A DNA stretch of 64,000 nucleotides, taken from contig JBBTSM010000010.1 of assembly GCA_038064675.1 (NCBI GenBank), forward strand, positions 2,977 to 66,976, in the 5' to 3' direction. The notes under the pieces were generated by a model that saw only the letters and a list, made by a program, of their open reading frames with translations, was not told the DNA's origin and made no database searches. Source of the DNA: Patescibacteria group bacterium. Its GTDB lineage: Bacteria > Patescibacteriota > Patescibacteriia > UBA9934. This document shows, piece by piece, positions 30,093 through 39,555 of this stretch. The stretch's first letter is position 1. Every line of letters begins with the position of its first letter. The position numbers and the translations under genes are program-made.

Positions 30093-30239
30093 ATGCCAAG
30101 CCGCCATCACCTCTCACGAAAGTCTCAAAACGCTCTTTTCGCCATCAAGCGCGAGAAGGCTTTTGCCACCCACCGAAAGTCCAAGGCCATCCGTATGCGA
30201 AAGCTCGAGGCTAAGGAAGCTGCAAAGTCCGCAAAATAA
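30093..30239 (+). CDS. candidate small basic protein (48 aa), not in ORF track
   Basis: ATG-to-TAA frame MPSRHHLSRKSQNALFAIKREKAFATHRKSKAIRMRKLEAKEAAKSAK, ending 7 nt before a strong terminator. No clear RBS; family unassigned. Confidence 0.25.
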   Translation: MPSRHHLSRKSQNALFAIKREKAFATHRKSKAIRMRKLEAKEAAKSAK

Positions 30240-30245
30240 GGAATA

Positions 30246-30280
30246 CAAAAGACCCTCCGATTACTCGGAGGGTCTTTTGT
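30246..30280. terminator. bidirectional Rho-independent terminator (aaagaccctccg-atta-ctcggagggtcttt)
   Basis: 12-bp perfect stem with U-rich flanks on both strands. Sits directly downstream of proS (minus) and of the small + ORF. Confidence 0.8.
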
Positions 30281-30290
30281 ATCTGTCGGA

Positions 30291-31724
30291 CTAGTAGCTT
30301 CGAGCGAAGACGACACGCTGACTCGATGGCTTTCCGGAGAACACGCATGTTCCGGTGGATGGCGCTTCGGCAAACGGAATGCAGCGAATGGTGGCGTTCG
30401 TAACTTCTTTAATCTTCTTCTCATCGTCCGCGTCGCCAGACCAATACGCCGTTACAAACTTTCCGGCTTCGATTGCAGCAACGAATTCATCCCACGTTAC
30501 AACGCTCACTGAGTTCGCTTCACGGTGTGCCAAAGCACGATCGAAAAGATTCTTCTGGATTGTTTCCATCAGATCGGCGACTGTTGCAGCAGCGTCGGCA
30601 ATCGCCACGCGAGACTTCTCGCTCGTGTCGCGACGTGCAACAACCACCTCACCCGCGGCAATATCCTTCGGTCCAATTTCAACACGAACAGGAATTCCCT
30701 TCTTTTCCCAGTGGAAAATCTTTTCACCTGGGCGGCCGTCGCGAGTATCAATCTTGCCTCGCACACCAGCCGCCTGAAGTTCAGCGAGCAAGGCGCTCGC
30801 CTTCTCCATGACCGGACCACGCTCTCCGTCTTTAAACCAGAGTGGAATGATGATCGCCTGAACGGATGCAACCTTTGGTGGAAGAACAAGACCCTGATCA
30901 TCGGAATGCGTCATGATGAGCCCGCCAATCATGCGTGTTGAAACACCCCAGCTTGTTTGCCATGCCAGCTGTTCCTCGTTGTTCTCGTCGCTAAACTTTA
31001 CGTTGAATGCTTTTGCAAAATTCTGTCCAAGGTTATGCGACGTCCCAAACTGCAGCGCCTTGCCATCTTGCATCATGGCCTCAACACAATAGGTTCGCAG
31101 CGCACCGGCAAAGCGCTCACTATCCGACTTTTGTCCTGGAATGACTGGAACCGCCATCACATTTTCCGCAAAATCAACGTAGATATCGAGCATCTTTCGA
31201 GCAAAGGCATCAGCTTCGTCATGCGTAGAATGCACCGTGTGCCCTTCCTGCCACAAGAATTCTGTGGTTCGAAGAAACAGGCGCGTTCGCATTTCCCAGC
31301 GCACCACGTTTGCCCACTGGTTAATGAGCAGTGGAAGATCACGATAGGAATGAATCCATCCGCTGAACACTTCGTACATGATGGTTTCCGATGTTGGACG
31401 AACCACAAGTGGCTCGTCGAGCTTCTTTCCACCTGCATGCGTGACCGTTGCAACTTCTGGTGCGAACCCTTCAACATGATCTGCTTCACGGCTCAAAAAA
31501 CTCTGCGGAATGAATAATGGGAAATACGCGTTCTCAACACCAACAGCCTTGAAACGGGCATCAAGATCTTTCTGGATCATCTCCCAGATCGCGTATCCGT
31601 GCGGCTTGATGATCATGCAGCCCTTCACTGGCGAATGCTCCGCCATATCTGCTGCGGCGATAACATCCAAATACCACTGACTATAATCTTCGGCGCGAGG
31701 AGTAATGCGAGTATTCGATGCCAT
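30291..31724 (-). CDS. proS: proline--tRNA ligase, archaeal/eukaryote-like type
   Basis: Class II motifs; N-terminal AEDYSQWYLDVIAAADM and HGYAIWE; C-terminal Zn-binding ProRS-C (CIPFAEAPSTGTCVFSGK). Start taken at MASNTRIT. Confidence 0.93.
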   Translation of the reverse strand: MASNTRITPRAEDYSQWYLDVIAAADMAEHSPVKGCMIIKPHGYAIWEMIQKDLDARFKAVGVENAYFPLFIPQSFLSREADHVEGFAPEVATVTHAGGKKLDEPLVVRPTSETIMYEVFSGWIHSYRDLPLLINQWANVVRWEMRTRLFLRTTEFLWQEGHTVHSTHDEADAFARKMLDIYVDFAENVMAVPVIPGQKSDSERFAGALRTYCVEAMMQDGKALQFGTSHNLGQNFAKAFNVKFSDENNEEQLAWQTSWGVSTRMIGGLIMTHSDDQGLVLPPKVASVQAIIIPLWFKDGERGPVMEKASALLAELQAAGVRGKIDTRDGRPGEKIFHWEKKGIPVRVEIGPKDIAAGEVVVARRDTSEKSRVAIADAAATVADLMETIQKNLFDRALAHREANSVSVVTWDEFVAAIEAGKFVTAYWSGDADDEKKIKEVTNATIRCIPFAEAPSTGTCVFSGKPSSQRVVFARSY

Positions 31725-31899
31725 AAAAATGTTGCTTCGTTTGAATGCGTCGATGGTACCGGAAAAAGGAAATCGTCGCAAAATCGAAACCGGGCACTTC
31801 TCTTCGAAGATGCCCGGTGCGTTGTGATGACCTCTAGCTGTCACATGTATCGTTCGTCTTGACGACACTTACTAGATTCATCGTTCGCGCTTCTCCAGC

Positions 31900-32470
31900 G
31901 CTAGCGATGAACGGGCCTGTGATTGCAAGCCACTTTCAGACAGAATCCACCGCGAACTCGATCGCTACCTGGACGCGTAAGGGCAGTTCCCCTCACGCCG
32001 AACTGCACAGTTTTTGTCAATTTGGCTGACGGCCGGTCGCTGACGGAGGATTTACTCCACCCGGTGGGGGATGAACCCCTCCTAGAGGCAAAGGTGAACT
32101 CCGCCAGACGACCGACCGGGCCAAAGATGCTCCGTTGCACCCAGTGTGCGGCTTCAGCGAAGCGGCACTCGCTCAGTTCAGCCCCATGAAGGCTGAACGT
32201 TGCACGGAATCTCATCCCCCGATGCGTCGACGACATCCAGACGACGTCCGCAGGCTTCGGGTGGCTGAGGAGGCAGGCCTCGTCAACTGTTTACCGGTTC
32301 TTGCTGCCGGCATTCACGATGATTTTGGGACTGCCGATGGTGAAATCATCGTTCCTTTCGAAGCCCTTGGCAGGCTACGAAGGTGTACGAGTGTCATATT
32401 CACCAACTCCGGGAGACAACCCGGTTTGCGTAGTCGGCCATTGCACCGATCCACACGAGACCCAGCACTC
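31900..32470 (+). ncRNA. candidate structured non-coding RNA of unknown class in a ~950-bp GC-rich gene-free region
   Basis: No credible ORF on either strand; GC well above flanks; many stems. actccacccgg and acaacccggtttg loosely resemble RNase P P15/P4 elements, but the 5' P4 and CR-II motifs could not be found. Strand and boundaries uncertain. Confidence 0.2.
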
Positions 32471-32820
32471 CAAGCGGCCGAGATCGGCCGCCGTACGTAT
32501 TAGGAGTAGGAACACTCTCCGTCTCCGCCGTCAATATACCGGCGTAAGAAAGACGTGACGCGGAAGGAACCCAATGGCGGTTCACGCGGCTGAGAAAGCT
32601 CCTTTCAGACGTTGGCCGGGCCTATTCAGCCTCGCACCACCAGTAGCCTCTACCACCTTTCGGCGATCAGGTTACAAAAACGAGAATACCACAAATTTCC
32701 GCTTTCGTCAAGCGGAATTCAATATAAAACACAAGAAAACCCAATAAAGTCTTCAGTTCTATACAAGGGAAATACTCGGTATACTTGGCGCATCCGAAAT
32801 GAAACCACCCTCTTTAATAA

Positions 32821-33216
32821 GTGTCGCAAAACACATCTATGACCGAACAACTCAATCCAAATCTTTCAGAAGAACAGAAGAACGTGTGCTTCTTAAAAGG
32901 CACTGAGCCACCGTTTAGTGGAAAGTATTACAAAGCCACGGACGCTGGAACGTATGTTTGTGCCAACTGTGGGCACGAGTTGTTCGGTTCGGATACGAAA
33001 TTCGACTCTGGTACGGGATGGCCGAGTTTTTGGGACGCAACAAACTCAGCGAACGTCGCCACCGAACCGGATCGCGAGCTTGGTATGGCACGAACCGAAA
33101 TTCTTTGTGCCAACTGTCGTGCCCACCTTGGTCACGTCTTCCCCGACGGCCCAGCGCCAACTGGCATGCGGTATTGCGTAAATTCGTTGTCACTCGATTT
33201 TAAACCGAAAGCGTAA
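32821..33216 (+). CDS. msrB: peptide-methionine (R)-S-oxide reductase
   Basis: CANCGHELF ... CANCRAHLGHVF: two CxxC Zn motifs plus catalytic region, typical MsrB/SelR. Confidence 0.93.
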   Translation: MSQNTSMTEQLNPNLSEEQKNVCFLKGTEPPFSGKYYKATDAGTYVCANCGHELFGSDTKFDSGTGWPSFWDATNSANVATEPDRELGMARTEILCANCRAHLGHVFPDGPAPTGMRYCVNSLSLDFKPKA

Positions 33217-33226
33217 TCACTCTTCT

Positions 33227-33634
33227 ATGCAGTCCTCAACGCCACAACAGATGCAGATTCGAAAGATTCTTTGGTTCGCATTCATCAACGCAATCGTTAT
33301 TTACAATATCGTCGGTTTTATCACTTTCGGCAACAACTCAAACGCGGGCCGCGTTGTGCGCAATCTTTCATTCAACGATCCTGTTGTTGTCGGAATCGGA
33401 GCCTTTGCAGTGCTCGCAGCTGTTGGGTCGATCCTTCTCGCAAGAACTCCGCTTACATCCTCCGTGCAGGATTACCCAAAATTCCTTATTCGATTAGCTG
33501 TTGCAGAAGTTCCCTCAATTCTCGGCCTCGTTCTTTCGTTCACGACACTCCAACCAGAACCGCTTTGGATTGCGTCGGTTGTCTCAATTATTCTGCTCAT
33601 CGTGCACCGTCCACAATTCACACAAACACTCTAA
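33227..33634 (+). CDS. hypothetical small membrane protein (135 aa, 4 TM)
   Basis: Hydrophobic segments; no motif. Confidence 0.5.
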   Translation: MQSSTPQQMQIRKILWFAFINAIVIYNIVGFITFGNNSNAGRVVRNLSFNDPVVVGIGAFAVLAAVGSILLARTPLTSSVQDYPKFLIRLAVAEVPSILGLVLSFTTLQPEPLWIASVVSIILLIVHRPQFTQTL

Positions 33635-33647
33635 AGAGCACCGAAGA

Positions 33648-35432
33648 TTACTTCGCCGCTTTCAGCATCTCAATCTCTTCGCACAACACAAGCCACTGAT
33701 GCTCAATTCGGCTCAGCTCGTCGTCCAGCTCGGAGAGGCGACGGTTCTTTTCTGGTGAGTAGTCGGTTGGGTTCTCAAAAAAGTACGCAAGAATTCCACT
33801 CTTTTCTTTATCGAGCTTTTCAATCTGCACCTGCATGCGCTCTGCGAGCCGTTGCTTCTCTTTGAGCATCTGTCGACGAAGCGATCGTGCCTCCGCGTCA
33901 TCGGACAACTCCTTCGGTAGCACCTCAACGTCGTCCGCGTCCATGATCAATTCCAAGTCACGCACGTAGTCCTCGTACGTCCCAACGTAGTGACGAACAG
34001 TTCCACCACGAATTTCATAGATTCGCTCAGCAAGGGCGTTGACGAATGTTCGGGCGTGGGAAACGAAGAGTACGGTTCCGCCGTATTCCTTAAGAGCCGA
34101 TGCAAGCGACTCCGCTGTCTCCACATCAAGGTGGTTCGTTGGCTCGTCGAGAATGAGTACGCTGTGTTCGTGCAGCAACATTCCCGCCAAACACAATCGG
34201 GCGCGCTCTCCCCCGGAAAGCACGCTCGTCGTTTTCTCCAGATCGTCACCACGGAAGAGGAAGTTGCCCGCCATCATCAAAATACGCTCCCCCGATGCCA
34301 TTGGCGGCGCTAAGCGAGTGAGATACTGCAAAATTGTTTCCGTTGGAATAAGCGTCGCATCCGTCTTCTGGTCGTAATACCCAATATCTGCCCGATGCCA
34401 CCATTTTGCTGATCCCTCAATCGGCTCGAGAATTCCCGCGAGCGTCTTCAAGAGTGTTGATTTTCCCTTTCCATTCTCCCCCGCAATAACAACCTTCTCT
34501 CCACGATTAAACGTAAACGAAATGTTCGATCCAATGACTTTGTCTCCGTAGCCGATCGACAACTTTTCTACGCGCACCGCAATACCCGGGATAATCACCG
34601 GTGTTGGAATGACGATACGCGTCGTCGACAAATCTTTCTTAATGGCGACGATTGAGCGGCGGAGCTTCTCAATGTGCTTCATTTTACTTTGTGCCCGCGA
34701 CGCCTGGCTGGCCTTGTACTGAAATCGATTCACGAATTCTTGATGGTGCGCCATCTCTCTAGCCACACGCTTGTTGCTCTTCCGCACAAACTCCAACTGC
34801 TCCGCCTTCCACACAAGATAGTCTTCAACGGTTCCTGGATACGACGTCATTGCCGCACGCTCAATCTCCATGGTTGACGTACACGTGTTCTGGAGGAATT
34901 CACGATCGTGCGCGGTCATGATAAAGCTCCCTTCATACTCGGCAAGGAAACGCTCGAGCAGCAACAACGTTGGAAGATCGAGGTAGTTCACTGGCTCATC
35001 GAGCAACAAGAGATTCGGATCACACAGCAACATCGCCACAATTTTCACACGCATCTGGTATCCGCCAGACAGCGCGGTTGGTGGCTTTTCGAGGTCGGTT
35101 CCGTGCAACCCAAACTTTGCTGCAAGCTTACGCACGTCCCACGTTGGCTTGCCCGAGATCGATGAACAGTATTCCTCCGTCGTCACATCGCCTGGCAGAA
35201 TGTCGTGTTGCGCAACCATGCCAAGCTTCGTCCACGGCATGAGTTTCACGGATCCAGCATCAGGCTCCTCGATTCCCATGAGCATGTTCAGAAGCGTCGA
35301 TTTCCCAGCACCATTGCGGCCAATCAGCGCGATATGCTCCCCCTCACCCACCACAAACGAAATATCGTCGCAGACAACTTGCTTGCCATACGACTTTCGG
35401 AGGTTTTTCACGTCGAGGAGTGGCTTAGACAT
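33648..35432 (-). CDS. ABC-F family ATPase (tandem ABC domains, no TMD)
   Basis: Two Walker A sites (GRNGAGKST, GENGKGKST), two signature motifs (LSGGYQMRV, LSGGERARL), charged inter-domain linker. Confidence 0.92.
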   Translation of the reverse strand: MSKPLLDVKNLRKSYGKQVVCDDISFVVGEGEHIALIGRNGAGKSTLLNMLMGIEEPDAGSVKLMPWTKLGMVAQHDILPGDVTTEEYCSSISGKPTWDVRKLAAKFGLHGTDLEKPPTALSGGYQMRVKIVAMLLCDPNLLLLDEPVNYLDLPTLLLLERFLAEYEGSFIMTAHDREFLQNTCTSTMEIERAAMTSYPGTVEDYLVWKAEQLEFVRKSNKRVAREMAHHQEFVNRFQYKASQASRAQSKMKHIEKLRRSIVAIKKDLSTTRIVIPTPVIIPGIAVRVEKLSIGYGDKVIGSNISFTFNRGEKVVIAGENGKGKSTLLKTLAGILEPIEGSAKWWHRADIGYYDQKTDATLIPTETILQYLTRLAPPMASGERILMMAGNFLFRGDDLEKTTSVLSGGERARLCLAGMLLHEHSVLILDEPTNHLDVETAESLASALKEYGGTVLFVSHARTFVNALAERIYEIRGGTVRHYVGTYEDYVRDLELIMDADDVEVLPKELSDDAEARSLRRQMLKEKQRLAERMQVQIEKLDKEKSGILAYFFENPTDYSPEKNRRLSELDDELSRIEHQWLVLCEEIEMLKAAK

Positions 35433-35455
35433 GGCAGGAAGGGTACACTAGAAAT

Positions 35456-35968
35456 ATGCGTCTTCCAACCAGAAAGAAAGAACTTGAGCGGCAGCAAACC
35501 GAGGAGCCTGATTTGCATTTCACGCCAGAAAAGATTGAAGCGATGAAACGGGAACTTCAACGGCTCATCGATGCGGAACGAGGTGTTGCCGCGGCAGAAG
35601 TAGTACGTACTGGTGAAATGGGCGATTTCTCAGAGAACGCGGGGTATCAGTGGGCAAAGCAGAATCTTCGGCGAATCAACGGAAGAATTCTTTCTCTCAC
35701 CGAAAAGATTAACCACGCGATTCCTATCGTCCACGAGGCGGGGTCGAGTCGAGTCCGAATTGGATCGACCGTAACAGTGAAACTCGAACCAGGATCGGCG
35801 ACGTACACGTACGAAATTCTCGGCTCACAAGAAAGCAACCCAATAAAAGGAAAGATCTCGCATCACTCCCCCATTGGCAAAGCACTTCTGGGTTGCATGG
35901 TCGGCGACGTCGCAGATGTTCAGGTCGGCGATCGAACAACGCACTACACTGTCGTCGCCATCGCATAA
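35456..35968 (+). CDS. greA: transcription elongation factor GreA family
   Basis: GDFSENAGYQWAKQ (acidic tip/coiled coil) and C-terminal FKBP-like SPIGKALLGCMVGDVADV. Confidence 0.85.
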   Translation: MRLPTRKKELERQQTEEPDLHFTPEKIEAMKRELQRLIDAERGVAAAEVVRTGEMGDFSENAGYQWAKQNLRRINGRILSLTEKINHAIPIVHEAGSSRVRIGSTVTVKLEPGSATYTYEILGSQESNPIKGKISHHSPIGKALLGCMVGDVADVQVGDRTTHYTVVAIA

Positions 35969-36014
35969 CCAAAAACACCCAGCCAATTCGGCCGGGTGTT
36001 TTGGTGTTTCGTTC

Positions 36015-36371
36015 TTACTTCGCGAGAAGCATGAGAAGTGCCGCAGCAATCGCGATGTTCTTTTGGAACATGATCATGTCGGTCATCTTCTGCTTCTCGT
36101 CGGTGGTTGCCCAGAAATTGTGAATCATCACTGCGAATACCACGAGCAATGCCGCAAGCGCACCGTATGCCCATACAAGGTCCATCTGGAAGAGAATACC
36201 TATTCCACCAAGGACCAAGATCAGTCCGCCGACGTACACGCCAACTTCTGGCATTGGCACCTTCTTGTACTTTGAGTACTCGATCAATCCCTTCGCTTTA
36301 GTGAAGTGTGGAATACCCGCAAGAATGAAGTACACGCCGAGCACGATCTTTCCCACAAGAAACAATGTTTC
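36015..36371 (-). CDS. DoxX-family membrane protein
   Basis: METLFLVGKIVLGVYFILAGIPHF... is a DoxX-like 4-TM pattern. Confidence 0.6.
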   Translation of the reverse strand, partial: ETLFLVGKIVLGVYFILAGIPHFTKAKGLIEYSKYKKVPMPEVGVYVGGLILVLGGIGILFQMDLVWAYGALAALLVVFAVMIHNFWATTDEKQKMTDMIMFQKNIAIAAALLMLLAK

Positions 36372-36417
36372 CATAATGATAGGTAATGATTCTTGCACGA
36401 AGCGTACAGGAAAGACG

Positions 36418-37290
36418 CTATGATTGAAAGAATTCACCCGGGAATTCTTTTGAGTGAGTTAGTGAGAGATCGGCGTAAACAATGGCGTATTCGAAATCGA
36501 AGTCCGGTTGTAACGCTTCTGGATGAACAAACATCAACGCCGTGGTGAGCCCGTCTGCAACCAACGTGGAATCGGCAACAACCCACACGGCGAGAATATG
36601 TTTTGGCGACGAGAGCGATCGCGGATCAAGAATGTGATTGAACGCGCCCCAGGCTCGCCGATTTCCCGCTGAGCCACAAATGCTCGTGTTCACGACGGAA
36701 GCCACGCCAATGACCTGTGACGCGCTCACAGGGCTCTCTAGCCCAACACGTAACACCGCATTCGCATCACTCCGATACCGCATGTCTCCGCCGGCATCAA
36801 CGCAATACGAACCAATCCCTTCACTTGCGATGAGATCGGACACAATGTCGATAAGATATCCCTTTCCAGCAGCTCCAAAATCAAGAAGCGCAGGCTCGAG
36901 GAGATCAATAACCGATCCTTCAACGCGCATCACATCGTCCCATCGCTTTGGCGCCATCATGGGTTTTGTCTTCAACGAATACGCGGCATCGTACCCAGCA
37001 TCGGACAACGCCTGGCCAATCAATGGCGTAACGAATCCTCCGGTGAGATCGTACAGTTTTCGATACAGCACGAGCATCGACACAGCATCAGTGGGCAGTT
37101 CATACCGACCCGCCTTCTTCGACATTGCGGTAACGATTGAATCCGCGCGAAAGCGCGAATAGGCCTTGTCGAAGATTTCGATCCGATTTCGAATCTTCCC
37201 CATCACAAACTCGACGCGCTGGGCGTCGAGGGTTGCGGGAAGATCGATGCACCAATGTGTGCCGATCGCATCGAACTCGTTCCGATACAT
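36418..37290 (-). CDS. apbE: FAD:protein FMN transferase (ApbE family)
   Basis: LDFGAAGKGYLID matches the ApbE FAD-binding motif (LDxGAIAKGY). Confidence 0.8.
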   Translation of the reverse strand: MYRNEFDAIGTHWCIDLPATLDAQRVEFVMGKIRNRIEIFDKAYSRFRADSIVTAMSKKAGRYELPTDAVSMLVLYRKLYDLTGGFVTPLIGQALSDAGYDAAYSLKTKPMMAPKRWDDVMRVEGSVIDLLEPALLDFGAAGKGYLIDIVSDLIASEGIGSYCVDAGGDMRYRSDANAVLRVGLESPVSASQVIGVASVVNTSICGSAGNRRAWGAFNHILDPRSLSSPKHILAVWVVADSTLVADGLTTALMFVHPEALQPDFDFEYAIVYADLSLTHSKEFPGEFFQS

Positions 37291-37291
37291 A

Positions 37292-37828
37292 TTATGCTTG
37301 AGCCTGAGTTTTAATGGCGTTCAATGCATCATTAAACCCTTTTGGTGTTAACGATGAACCAGAAACTTTGGTCAATTGCACATCGGCAATATTCTTTCCC
37401 ACAACGAATGTTTTGTATCCGGCAATAAATATATTCTGGTACATCATCGATGTACCGTCGGTGGCTTTCGCGGTCACAGTGGCTGCAGTAATTACATCAT
37501 TCACCAGCGTAAGCTCCACTCCCATACCCTGTGCAGGCGCTTCAGGAACACGGTAGGTTGTTGTGACGGAATATGTGCCATCTTTATACGTTGACGTGGA
37601 TGCTGGTGCTGGTGCTGGAGTTGTCGATGGCGTCGGTACTGGAGTGCTCGGCGTCGTCGTCGTGCCCGTTGTCGGCTTTACGGATGTCGTTGTTGCAGGA
37701 GTCGTCACAACTACACTCGACGTGACAGGCTGCGCCTGTTCCTTTGGCTTCATGACGAAAAATCCTAGAACAACCACGGGAAGCAGTGCCGCAACAAGAA
37801 TAGAAACGCGTTTCACTGTATTTTGCAT
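37292..37828 (-). CDS. FMN-binding domain protein (flavinylation target), signal anchor plus Thr/Pro-rich linker
   Basis: YKDGTYSVTTTY ... after a TTPAT-rich linker; directly downstream of apbE. Matches the FMN_bind domain organisation. Confidence 0.6.
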   Translation of the reverse strand: MQNTVKRVSILVAALLPVVVLGFFVMKPKEQAQPVTSSVVVTTPATTTSVKPTTGTTTTPSTPVPTPSTTPAPAPASTSTYKDGTYSVTTTYRVPEAPAQGMGVELTLVNDVITAATVTAKATDGTSMMYQNIFIAGYKTFVVGKNIADVQLTKVSGSSLTPKGFNDALNAIKTQAQA

Positions 37829-37916
37829 AGGAAATTTAAGTACGAAAAGTATACAGGTCGTGCGTGAACGGCGAAAGCCGCCACGTGTGGATGGCGGCTT
37901 TCAGACGCGCACATGT

Positions 37917-38465
37917 TTAGCCATTATCTTCTTGAACATCTCCCCCGTTCATCATTCCTTGACCGCGCATCATGCCACCAGATCCACGATGCATTCCTCC
38001 TGGACCACGACCGCGGAGGCCTTGGCCTGGAGCAAATTCCTTTGGAAGATCGTTTGACTCTGCCCACGCCTTCTGCGTTTCTGCATTTGCCTTGAGCGCA
38101 GCTTGGCGCTCTTCTGGCGTCTTATCCTTCAAACTCTCAAAGAATGTCTTCTGCGTTTCCATGTTCGCGGCAATCGCATCGGCCTGTGCTTGCGTTAACT
38201 TGCCGTCCGTTACCGCTTTCGTAAGATGATCAGCAATGTTCTCTTGTCGTTGCTCCTGCATCGTTGCGTGCTGTTCGTCGAACACCGCCTGAACATCCGC
38301 TTCTTTCACATTAAACTTTTTTGCAATCGCGGTCACAAGATTCTGCATTGGTTTGTGAACGATGGACGTGTCTGTTGCAGCGAATGCGGTTGCTGTACCG
38401 AACGCACCCATGCCGAGTGTCGCAACGATCGCCGCAGCAATCACGGATTTCTTTGTCGTCGTCAT
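37917..38465 (-). CDS. secreted hypothetical protein (signal peptide; helical, Gly/Met-rich C-terminus)
   Basis: MTTTKKSVIAAAIVATLGMGAFGTATAFA signal; no motif. Confidence 0.5.
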   Translation of the reverse strand: MTTTKKSVIAAAIVATLGMGAFGTATAFAATDTSIVHKPMQNLVTAIAKKFNVKEADVQAVFDEQHATMQEQRQENIADHLTKAVTDGKLTQAQADAIAANMETQKTFFESLKDKTPEERQAALKANAETQKAWAESNDLPKEFAPGQGLRGRGPGGMHRGSGGMMRGQGMMNGGDVQEDNG

Positions 38466-38520
38466 AGAACAATGATGTTAAGAGTAACGTCTAGACTATA
38501 GAAAACGTGCCATGAAGCAA

Positions 38521-39555
38521 TCATGAAGCCTTGTGGATAGGCAGAACAATGCTCACTGTTGTACCAATATCTACAGCACTTTTCATAGCAATTGTTCCCC
38601 CAGATGATTGGACGATGGATCTTGCAATAGACAATCCCAATCCGCTTCCACCGGTCCGTCGCGATCGGCTCTTATCTGCTCGATAAAATCGGTCAAAAAT
38701 CTTCTGTACATCGTGCTCGGCAATGCCAACGCCGGTATCAGCCACATCGATACGAACCGAGTCATCTTGTCGCGTCATTGAAACATTCACCGATCCATTG
38801 GTGCGGTTATACAGAATCGCATTCTCAATCACATTCGTGAGCACGCGGATTAATGGCTCTTCTGTGGCAAGAACAGTAAATGTTTCCGGCGCGTCCTCTA
38901 GCGTAAGTGTCACACGGTGTTTTGTTGCAATCGACGACAGCCGATCAACAACCGTTTGAAGAACGTCGTTCATCGTCAAAGAAACCCTCGTCACCTCCGT
39001 CCCAGTATGCTCAAGCTTCGATAATGAAAGAACATCGCTCACCAATGTACTCATACGCCGAACCTCCTCAAGATGACTCTCGGCAGATACTCGCACGTCG
39101 GCCGATCCGCCATCGCGTTCGTTTTCCAGGTTCGCCTGGAGAATCGCAAGCGGTGTTCGAAGTTCGTGCGATGCATCGCTCAAGAACTGACGCTGACGTT
39201 CATATGCTTCTTCGATTGGCCGCAGTGTACGCGTGGCAAGCCGATAACTAATAAACACCGAAAGAAACACAAGAATGCCATTCACCATGAGCAACGTGTC
39301 AGACAAATCTTCAGTAACGTCGTCAACGTTCACCGGGAATACCACCGGGTGAATGCGATCGTTTCGATCGATAACCAACGCAAATCGCTGACTAAGACGA
39401 TCCGAAAACACGGTGCGCGTTACTCCACTTGAAATGAACAAGAGAATAACAAGAATGCCGGTGTAAATTGCCGTCAGCGCAACGCGTGTTCGAAAATATT
39501 CTTCACGAAACGAGCCGGTATCCTTTTCCCCAAACCGTTTGAATACGTTTCGCAT
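38521..39555 (-). CDS. sensor histidine kinase (HisKA + HATPase_c)
   Basis: H-box SHELRTPL; N, G1 and G2 boxes (NAILYN, DTGVGI, GGSGLGLSI); two N-terminal TM helices. Confidence 0.9.
   Translation of the reverse strand: MRNVFKRFGEKDTGSFREEYFRTRVALTAIYTGILVILLFISSGVTRTVFSDRLSQRFALVIDRNDRIHPVVFPVNVDDVTEDLSDTLLMVNGILVFLSVFISYRLATRTLRPIEEAYERQRQFLSDASHELRTPLAILQANLENERDGGSADVRVSAESHLEEVRRMSTLVSDVLSLSKLEHTGTEVTRVSLTMNDVLQTVVDRLSSIATKHRVTLTLEDAPETFTVLATEEPLIRVLTNVIENAILYNRTNGSVNVSMTRQDDSVRIDVADTGVGIAEHDVQKIFDRFYRADKSRSRRTGGSGLGLSIARSIVQSSGGTIAMKSAVDIGTTVSIVLPIHKAS

Noticed and set aside
31900-32470. Confident call of RNase P RNA (rnpB) or tmRNA
   Set aside because: Only two short motif resemblances (P15-like actccacccgg, P4-3'-like acaacccggtttg). 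The mandatory GGAAAGUCCGGGC and AGGGCAGG elements and the tmRNA tag and tRNA-like ends were not found. Left as an unassigned ncRNA candidate.
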